Part shown: in pieces, positions 54,401 to 64,000 of the stretch
How the letters are laid out: every line of letters begins with the position of its first letter
Numbering within the stretch: the stretch's first letter is position 1
Assembly (NCBI RefSeq): GCF_022539665.2
Contig: NC_081333.1
Coordinates: 6,758,001 to 6,822,000 of the forward strand
DNA length: 64,000 nucleotides
From: Daphnia carinata
Taxonomy: Eukaryota
Direction of reading: 5' to 3'
Translations under genes and position numbers: made by a program
The notes under the pieces: generated by a model
Database searches by the model: none
What the model was told of the DNA's origin: nothing
Seen by the model: only the letters and a program-made list of their open reading frames with translations

Positions 54401-57400
54401 GTATTCTTGGTTTAAAGCTTGACAAGTTTCGTTCACAAGGCAATAATTCAAATACTTGTAAAGCCGGGCTCATATAATCAATATGGTGTGGCTAAAACGA
54501 AAGCAAAATATAAATTTTTAAATTCTGTTCCCTTTTTCATTTTAAACCATATTGCACCTGGCAGAATGGACATTTTTCCTGGAACAACTCGCTGTTTTCG
54601 CGACCACTGGACACGTGCAAAGATGATTGTTTACACTCAGTGCCGGTTCGCTAGATATACGATTTCTGCAAATGCCAGCCGATTGAAATGAGTTCTATTT
54701 GAGCCTTCTTTTTATTGCGAGCATGCGAGCGTGTATGGTCTATGTAGATAGTTTATGAACGATCGATAAACTGTAGATTTTCTGGTTACATTTAGAAACA
54801 ATCGATTATCGAAACCGGTAGTCTTGCGTTCATTAACTACTAGACTCTGTTTTTTCAGCGTAGCTTAGTCCGCGAACGGCAAACATCATGTGACATTTCA
54901 TTACAGGAAAACTGTGATACATCGTGCGTACTTTTCCCCGTACCACCTATTTTATCGTTTCGTTTTTCGTGTTTTATTTGAGGATTCATGTTTCATGGGC
55001 GCTTATTAGCCCTAACGTAGCTGAAAGTAGAACCTTGCCTGTCGCTGAAAGTGGAGGAAATCGAAAAGGCGCATAAAAGAAGGGACATAGATTCTCAATT
55101 TCCCGCGGGAATGCCCCCTCACTACGATTATATAGCGTCTTCGATTGAACTTTCGGTAGCTAAAGCCGGCAAAACCGTTCCAACTATCTCCTTCCTTCCC
55201 GACAGACGGCCAAGAACAGCTCATCGGCATGTCACGTTCTTTCAAACACGTATCTTTTCATCCTAAGGTATGATATAGCTAAATGGGATGTTCTTACATC
55301 CGTCCTTATCGACAAACAATTTAATAAGCCTAATAAAGTTGGGTTCACGAGTAGGGTAAGTCATGACTGGCATACTTTTGTCCAGACATTTATGGATAGA
55401 ATTTTACATTGGAATTTACTGATCGATTTACTTATTGTTGTGATTACGATTAGCGCAGTCTGATGACAAATGTTATAGACTTATCAATGACCATTAACTG
55501 TAGACTTAGCAAACTACGTTAATCGCACAACGATGTTGTGCTTATCGACGAAACTATTTTTTTCCTGGTTGCGTGTTATTCTTATCAACGTGAAGCATTT
55601 TACTATTCAGTTACAAAAATAGAAGTATCTCATTTCATTATGCGAATGACAAAGAAACGAATTTGATCTACATCAGATAACATCGATCCGTTGAAAACCC
55701 TCTGAAAAAAAATCGTTGGAAACAAGGGCTTCAAAATATAACAACAAGAATAACAAACTATTTATGGTCTGTTTTCCTTTTTTTAGTACAAAGAAACGAT
55801 CGTAAATCTGAATAACAAAGTAGCCGTGTTAGGCTTTATTCTGCTCTTTTTCCGGTACACTAGAACATACCCCCCCCCCCTTTTTTACATATCACGGCTC
55901 TGCATTTTCCAAGAAGTAGAAGACAAAAAATATGTGTGCCATCAGCTTTTCGTCTACCTTATAATAGGCCCTTTCTTGTGGAGCCCAGGACACCACAAGC
56001 TGATAAAAACATCCTACATAGCCAGTTGGGTAAAATCTCGTCTCTCTCTTTTTGTGCATTTCCATGCACTGGATCTCATTGCGCACGACACGCTACGAAC
56101 GCAGTCCATTTTAGACTTTTTCTCCACAGCATGATACACTTGAAAGGATTTTACTGATCAAGTGGACCAAGATATTTGGTGTGATGAGATTCTGTGGGTT
56201 CCACAGCACCGCGAGGATATCAGTTTGAACCAGCAAGATTGCATTGCGATAGAGTCTAGACGTCCACATTGTTGTTTGTACGACCGCAGCGGTTCAATTG
56301 CTATTGCACTTCGAGGTCTCTTCTTTATGCACGGCGCTCTTGCATCGCTAAAGGAATTTAAAAAGCACGCTTGCTGCAATATCGTCAATCTGTATATAGT
56401 TGTAGCACATTTCCAAGTATCTGAAAGAGGATGAAAAAGAATCTTTTTTTTTTTTATGAATGAAAATGGATTTTGCGCCAGTAATGTTATTGGGTACTAA
56501 TGGCTGATGGTTCGACGTGTTCATAAAATTTCATTGGTGTCTCCAATATCAAAGTGATGGTTCTTCGTCACCAAAGAACAAGAAGTTCACGTCCTCATTG
56601 GAATTTCCCTCCGTACCCTGATCGAATTCGACGTTCCCATTTACTACTAAAATTTATGAATACACAAGTCCATGGTGGACTACAGTGCAATAGCCAAAAA
56701 AAAACACAGTGCTATATCATTATTAAAGGCCCTAATTGTGTCAGGAAATGATGGTGTCTCACTTGGGAGTCAACTGGAACAAATATTGACGACTATAGTA
56801 GTAGCTAGACCATTTCAACGACCCCAGTTGCTTATTCGTTCTTTTCGGGGAGGACTTAACATGCCTCTTCAGATATCACCAACAACTATCCTCAAGGCCA
56901 ACAATCCTGCTGGGACTGGTAGACCTTGTGTCTTTCTCTTTTGCGTTTGTTTAGGATATTCTCTAGCCCAAAGATCCCCGTGTGGCTGTGGATGGCGCAA
57001 AACAAAAGATCCGGCTGTTGGTTAAAGCCAATTTGAAGAGGGGTCACCAACAGCAGTCAGTGTCTCACCATTCTTCTAGTAGCACTGACAAGAAATATAC
57101 GCTAGAAGACAATGTCGGCTACATCTTCAATCCAAGTTGGTTCTCATTCCCGACTCACTTTCGGTGTCCATCGACTCCCGGCGCTCGCCTTGTGGCTCTT
57201 GTCAACGTCAGTTCTCATCCCCATATTATCAGGTACTATTATTTATTACTTTTTGTTTGCTGGTGCAAACATGCTCGAATGCTTCCATGTGTTTTAATTT
57301 TTCCCGCTTTCTTCTTTCATGTTTTTTATTAAGTCCTTTTATATTAGTGTATTAGCCTTCATTTTCCGCGTTTAACCTTCGTTCCCCCCTTGAAACCATT

Positions 57401-58736
57401 CTTTTTCTTATTCCCGCATTGCTAGAAAAAAAAAGGGCATACAAAACATACACGTAAAGAAAAAATAAACAAAGGGCTGCAGAAATAAATAAGAATGTAA
57501 TACTGCTGTTGCTGTATAAGATTGAAAAATGACAGAATATAGGCTAATACTAATAGGCCGAGAAAATGGAAAAATATTAAATATGACCATAGATAAAGCG
57601 CTATCCGCTTGTGTGCCTTGCCAATGTAATAACACAACACGATGCTGATGCCGTGGCGTGTGTTATTGCCCCGACTTCCTAGATGTGGAGGTGATCTATT
57701 TTTCGTTTTCTTATTGGCCTGAACCGACGCAAAGTGGACACCACCCTGCCGTTTCTGTCCCGATTCTCCCACCTCACAGCAGTTTTGTTTGATGACGGAA
57801 CATGTGTCGTTTCTTACGCTTGATTTCTTGTCTCGCTGATGTTCGTCTCGTTTTCGTCCGGTTGTCATACAACACGCTTCCGAGCACTACACAAATCCTC
57901 CCGCCAAAGGATAAATGAAAGGGACGGATGGAAATTGAAATAGAACGGAAACACGATGACTGGCGATTCATCCAGCCGAGTGCACATCAAGCTGTTTGTT
58001 ATGTGAACTCGTCAAGATTAACTCATTCGCCCTTTTTTTTGTCGCTTGTTTGATAACGAACCTTGGTGGTCCCAGCTGTTTTCTCTGTTGTCGCTAATAT
58101 GGCGTCGTCAAATGGTGCAATCCGCAAAAGGGTGGCGGATGCACGACTGCGAATAACACACTCCTGAGGTTTCTTATGTTAATCGCTTGTCTTGCAAGTT
58201 CGCATCGTACCAATGACGCACTAAAGTTAAGAGAAAACTAAACAACGGGCTACTGTTCCAATATTGGTGATTTTGATAGAATCCTGGGATTCCTATTAAA
58301 ATACTTGCCCCACTGTACGTAACTGTGCATTAACAATTTGTCGTAGTTTCTTTTTTAAAATTTGGTTTGTTTATTTCGTCAACTTAATAATGGCCAACAT
58401 AATTGAAACTGTCGGAGAAACACATCCTTTGGGCTATCAATTACGGCGCTTTTGGTTTTGTTTGATTTTCTTCTTTCCCCTTTTTTATTTTGTTTTGTGT
58501 AACAAGTAATTGAGGGTCTTTTACTTCCAATCTTTACATTGCCAAAGGCATTCAAGGCGGGAGGGAAGTCTTTTTTATTTTCCAGTAAAAATCGTAATCG
58601 ACCTTGTACTTTCATCGTTTTACCTCTTTTTATTTCATTGCTGTGTTTATCGTTGTGTTACGGGGCTGTGCGTTCAAACTGTTTGCGCCGACGGCAAAAA
58701 CACACACACAAACAAAAGGAAAACGTTAAAACAAAA

Positions 58737-60793
58737 ATGGGATTCGTCGGTTCTCCGAACGTCCTTGTACATTTGCTTGTTTGCTTGCTGACTTTTTGTT
58801 TGCTGTACTTGGTTACTGTCATCCCCCGCAGTCCAGGTTTTCCCCTCTTTTTAACATACGATTTAGTTTTTCCAGTTACAAGTACATACTGGATGTAATT
58901 GTTCTAAACAAGTTCGATAGTGCATGACAGCAGTAATATCCCTGACGCAGACGATATTCATATATAGAAGATGGAATTGGTTTGATTGCTGACGTTGGCG
59001 GACGTTCGGATAACAAAATTTACTCAAGCCGTACTTTTGTGTTTGAGTTATTACGAACTGATGCCCAGTTCAACGTTCTGCTGTCAATCAGCTTATCTCT
59101 CTTTTTCATGTTTGATGCCCAATGGCCATACTATTCCTGTTACTTAACTAGCGACGGCATTTTCCAGTTTACCTCATAACACCTAAACTTAGCGACGTAA
59201 CACAAAATATGTGTGATATCGCCTACAAGATACCGTGGACTTTTGAATGATGCATCACCTGTTTCTTTTTTCCTCTTCTCACTAATAAGAGTGTCGGGGC
59301 AAAAAACGCGAACGGGATAACCACTCGACAGAGGCCTTATTTCAAGCTCATAAGCGACTTATCGCTTATGTCCTCTACACATGTGGGCTTCTGTCACGTC
59401 TCCTTTATTCACGATTTCTCTTCCATCTTCTTGTGTTTCTTCTTCATTTTATTTTACATCGCCCGAACGTCGTCCATGTTGGCTGGGTAAGTCTGGGAGG
59501 GAGGGAGGAAGGGAGGTGGTTGAGAGTGACGTCGAGGCGTAAAACTCGTCCGAGCAGCTAAATCAATATAGCAGAACCATTGAATTCCAATTTATCTGGT
59601 TATTGCGGTCTTTTCCAGGGAGGCTGGCGTGGGCTGCCATTACAGGCGTCGGATTGGCGGCTCCCAGTACGCCCTTACAGATCCAGAGGGCCACGTTAGG
59701 TACCATCCAGCCGATCAGGACCGTGGAGAGGACCAACCGAGATTGCGACCTCAACGCCCTGGCTCGTGTCATGGACGACACTTACTGTGACAAGTACTAC
59801 GTTTGTTCTGACGGCAAGTATGTCGGACTCTTCTGCCCCGTTGGCATGGCCTTTGACTACGGCCTGCAGGAGTGCCATCTCAAGCAACGCGTCGACTGCT
59901 CCAAACGCCCTCTCCTCTGTAAGTATTTGTAGTTTCTTTGTATCCAACTATAAGTGGTTAAAAATTTAAAGAGTTCCCTCTCCTAACTCGTTGATGCGCA
60001 ATGAAAAAGGGTTTTCTTGTTTTCTCAGCGATCAAGTTGCAGTTGATTAAGATTGATTACTGCAAGCCCGTCTGATGTGGCCACCGAATTGGCAACGTAA
60101 CATCATCAACTCTCAACGTCGTGGTCTAAAATTTCGTTCCAATAATGGGCTCAACTTCTTCCCTTAAAATGTACAGAACAAAGCCTTTATTTAAACCCCG
60201 ACGTGTATTCATATTCGTTAAGAATTCACTCAGCCAGTGCGTCTATACATTGGTGGTTTTATGAAATCAAATTCATTTTTCTTTTTCGCTTTCTCTTTTC
60301 TTTGAAAGTCGGCGACAACCTTTTAACGGGAACGGAAGCAACTACTTCGACACCGCAAACTACGACACAAACTCCCGGTCGAATGACGTCACCACCGGTC
60401 ACAGTTACTACTCCCTCAGCACCACATGCACCAGCAGGACAAATGGCCGGATCTATGATGATGCTGCCATTTGGAGCTACAGTAACGATCCCGTTCGGAT
60501 CGACTATATTCTTGCCACCAGGTTCGCAGATTCAAATGCAACAGCAACAACCGACAGCTCAAGCGCAGGGGCATTCGCATCATCATCACGATATACCAAC
60601 ATCGCCAGCTCCGGGGCATTCGCATCATCACCACGAACATCGTTCCGGTTCTGCTTCGTCTGATGCAGTTGATGCCATGAATGCTCCCGGTAATATAGAA
60701 TCACAATCAGCTGATAGCAATACTGATTTCGATTACTATTTTGATGACGAAGGCCCGACCGATGGTTCAGCAACCCCTGTCGGCAGCCAGTGA
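58737..60793 (+). CDS. Secreted chitin-binding (CBM14/peritrophin-A) protein with Thr/Pro linker and His-rich repeats; exons 58737-58797 (tentative), 59619-59918, 60309-60793
   Basis: Six-Cys domain CDLNALARVMDDTYCDKYYVCSDGKYVGLFCPVGMAFDYGLQECHLKQRVDC; phase-1 introns; the putative first exon gives the signal peptide MGFVGSPNVLVHLLVCLLTFWRLAWA. Confidence 0.85.
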
Positions 60794-63700
60794 CGCTGCT
60801 GCAGAGCAAATAGCGGCGGGAGCTGACCGCGGAAGTTCAATGGCTGTATAGTCGTTTTAATAATAATAAACATCGCACACGTGTACTAATTTACAACACC
60901 AGTTATTGCAAAGCGCGTTAATAAGTGTGAAACTAGTTCATGTCCTTTAATACTTGACAAGTGTTTATTGGTAGATGCAAGTGGGCATAGCAAGCGAGAA
61001 GCAGTCGCGCTCGTGTCGTCTATGCAAACAAATTATGGTGCGCAAAAACTTGGGATCATTTGCATATTCCAGTGTTTGCTAACCGACTCAAATAGTCAGA
61101 AGTCTCGCAGTTGTCAGGTTAGCAAACGGCATAACGCGTTTCATTTTAATTTCTCCAGCTGGAATTGAATCACCTTGGCATTCATGTAACCGCGTCTAGA
61201 GCCTGATGTGTTGAATATGGCACCTAAATTCAAATTACGAAGAAAATCCGAAATTAAAAAAAAGTGCTGCAATGTTTATCTGCATTACATTGGGTGCACC
61301 TTCGACGCTGTTGCATAACACCAGCCTGCTGTAACATAAAAGAAAAAAAAAATAATTTGATGGTGGATCGTGTAGGAGTTCGTTGTGTACACATCTTGGT
61401 CACGGCTGTAGGGTATCAATATTGCTGTTGAACGAAGAATGTCAAGCAAAGGGCGCTGCACATCTGCATGAACAGCTGGTACATTATAGCTATTATAGAC
61501 GCTACGTATACATTTTCAACACGAAGGGTCTCCTGATGATTGAAGCTCCACCCCACAAGTGACAAGAAAATTTGAATATACATAAACGCCTACATAAACA
61601 GAGTTTGCGCTAGTATGAATGTAATATGACGGGGATTGCTGTATAATCGATCTAGAAACGCGCGACTACCCATTTTCATATAGCAACTGAGATGTTGACA
61701 ATAACATTTGATTAAAACTGTCAATTGGGTGCCGTGCACTGCTGACTCGCATCATGGCAGAATTCTAGAACAGGCAATATACGAAAATTCTAAAAAAAAA
61801 AAACAAACTCAAATGGAATCTTAACTCTATTTAGGATATTGCTTAATGCATTGAAATGTTGCAAGTGTTTTGGACACCTGACGTATACAGAATAACTGAG
61901 ACAAAACACCAAGGATCGGATCATGTGGTCATTGCCCATTCAGGTCCAATAATAGCTTCCAGAGTTCTTGAATAATCCAGGTGCACAGCTGCTCCAGAAG
62001 CATCTCAGCTGTCACATATTTTGCCTGATACTTTACAGACTTATACTGTTGTAGAAAGACGTGATCGGATTTCGGATCGATTCATTGTCGTTGGTCAGGA
62101 CTTGGCCACATGTTGGCTGCCGCTTTCTGTCTGATGGATCATCTAGGGCGTTATTTGCACGGCAGCACACGCACATCCATACAGACTAAAAATAACGAAC
62201 ACAAGGGCTTTTTCTCGGAACGGGATCGATGTAAGGAGAGAGGATTAAGATTGATCTATTCTATACTCCTCTCCATCCATCTTCTTCCCTCCGATCTGTG
62301 ACGTTGTGAATACTGAGTGTGAAAAATAGCGACATAAATAGAAGCCTCTGAGTCGGATTGTGACACACGTGAGCAAACGAGCCCAAAAAAACGGACTGGA
62401 ATTTGACGATCTAATGAAAGTTGTTGACTATACCGGCCTCAGAGTTTTTGAACGAGATGGTCAGAAACCATACCATCGTACCAAACATCAAATCATAATC
62501 AGTGGTGATAGCATAGCACCAGGAATTCAACGGTAGACATCATCGTTACAACACTCTTACCTAGTATGAACATGCGTGTATACATGTAATGGTGGGTAAC
62601 ATTACATAGAAATGCAGGTCGTCATGTTATGACGTCAACCGTGGCCCAACGGGCGTTGTTCTCAGTAATCGATCTCAATAAATCTTTCTTAGCATTGAGT
62701 CTGACTTTGCTACGCCGAACCATAAATCACAGAACTTAAAGATGGGTGTACGTCTGTGATAGATACAAAACACGAAAGTTTTCCTGCTTCCAAATATAAG
62801 ATTACGCATGTTGCGTTGCTGCAAACACCAACAGCAAGCTGAACTACAGGCGTACATGTGTGCCATTCTGCAATCGCTTACCCGTATTTACAGAGATGGT
62901 CCACCTACACTAGTAAGCAAATATCTCTGTTTTAGATGGCCCGGTTTTTCTTTGTTACACGTAATTATTTTTTTTTTCAAGCACTCACGTATGCACGCAC
63001 ATGTATAGACATCGTTAGCCTCGTTGTGTTCCTTTTTTTATTTCGTCTAATGTGGGGGGAGGGAATGCAGAAATTGTCAATTGTCATGCAGAAATGAAGC
63101 GTCTGAGTTGGACGTGAATCCACGTTGCATCGTAACCACCGCCGCAGTGTAATCGTACACGTCTACAGTCCCGCGTCATCCATGCAAATAGCTAATTTCA
63201 ATGATATACAGTATATGGTGCGCATACCATGAAACTATGGGTCTATGTAAATTGTAAATATAGTTATTTTTGGGATGTACACTATCCTTCCGTGTCTGGG
63301 TAGTATTTTATGAGCCTCTGTGTTTGTCCAATATCCAGTTCGATTTGAAGTTTTGGCAGTGTGCATACATGCACCTTGTTGTGTACACATGTTTAAAGGA
63401 AATTCTGAATGATTGAATAAACTTTTTGCTTATCTTCCTCTCTGGTTATATGCACACAACTCCCTTAATGATATTTAGTTTTATGATTGTCAAATATACT
63501 GCATACAATCAAAGACTTTTCAAGGACGATAGTGTCGTTTTCATATAGTTTATGAGCAAGGTCAACCACCCACTTGAATTAATAGCTTTTTCCTGCTTGT
63601 TTATTTGACTTTAATATTTGAGCAATAACACAGACGTATAAAGGACTGGGATGTCTCACGCTAAAAGACATAAGCCTACTTTTGTCTGTCTCGCTGTTCC

Positions 63701-64000
63701 AGTTTCTCTTTAAATTTTCTATTGTTGTTTTGTTTGTTTTCTTTTTTGCTACGGCGCTCACGAACTTGTCGTGTTTGTCAGCTTATGTATCGGGAATAGA
63801 AGAAAAGTTTGCCATCACACTTGTTCCCCATCTCTTTGTTCTATACGTTTCACAAGAAAGCGCGAAGTTGTTGGCAGACTGCAATGGCGGCTGCACGAAG
63901 CCTTGCGAGGGACCTTTTGGAGTTGACGGTGAAGCAAAATCCACTAATTGAAAACCCTGTCTTGACAGCATAGCATCAGGTGGCATTCACCTCCCCCAAC

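Noticed and set aside
55040..55268. Exon-like ORF with a donor site after the stop
   Set aside because: No upstream exon or homology identified
63780..64000. ORFs at the window end
   Set aside because: Truncated context and no recognisable product

Overview
Eukaryotic genomic DNA from an arthropod; the compact 50-100 nt introns and gene content suggest a Daphnia-like crustacean (inference). Intact spliced genes: a Gbx/unplugged homeobox gene (3.9-5.4 kb, +), a small secreted 6-Cys peptide (29.4-29.8 kb, -), a 75-aa single-pass membrane protein (37.5-38.2 kb, +), the HECT E3 ligase HECTD2 (41.6-51.4 kb, -) and a CBM14 chitin-binding, His-rich protein (58.7-60.8 kb, +). The 9-35 kb interval is a rearranged accessory zone. 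It holds a candidate ~315-nt Pol III structured ncRNA gene (TATA at -31, 5' GG, three hairpins, U4 terminator) with 7SK-like architecture and an unpaired ACCUAACC that matches a TTAGG telomerase template. A paralog of this RNA appears to be split by a deletion-riddled Dicer-1 pseudogene. The zone also contains a CAP/Antigen-5 gene fragment, a Meckelin 3' fragment, a decayed tandem HEPN-like (R-x4-H) gene, a Mutator element with ~635-bp TIRs plus a 96-bp derivative, and four hAT-type MITEs with 8-bp TSDs. All homology calls come from reading motifs by eye; no searches were run.
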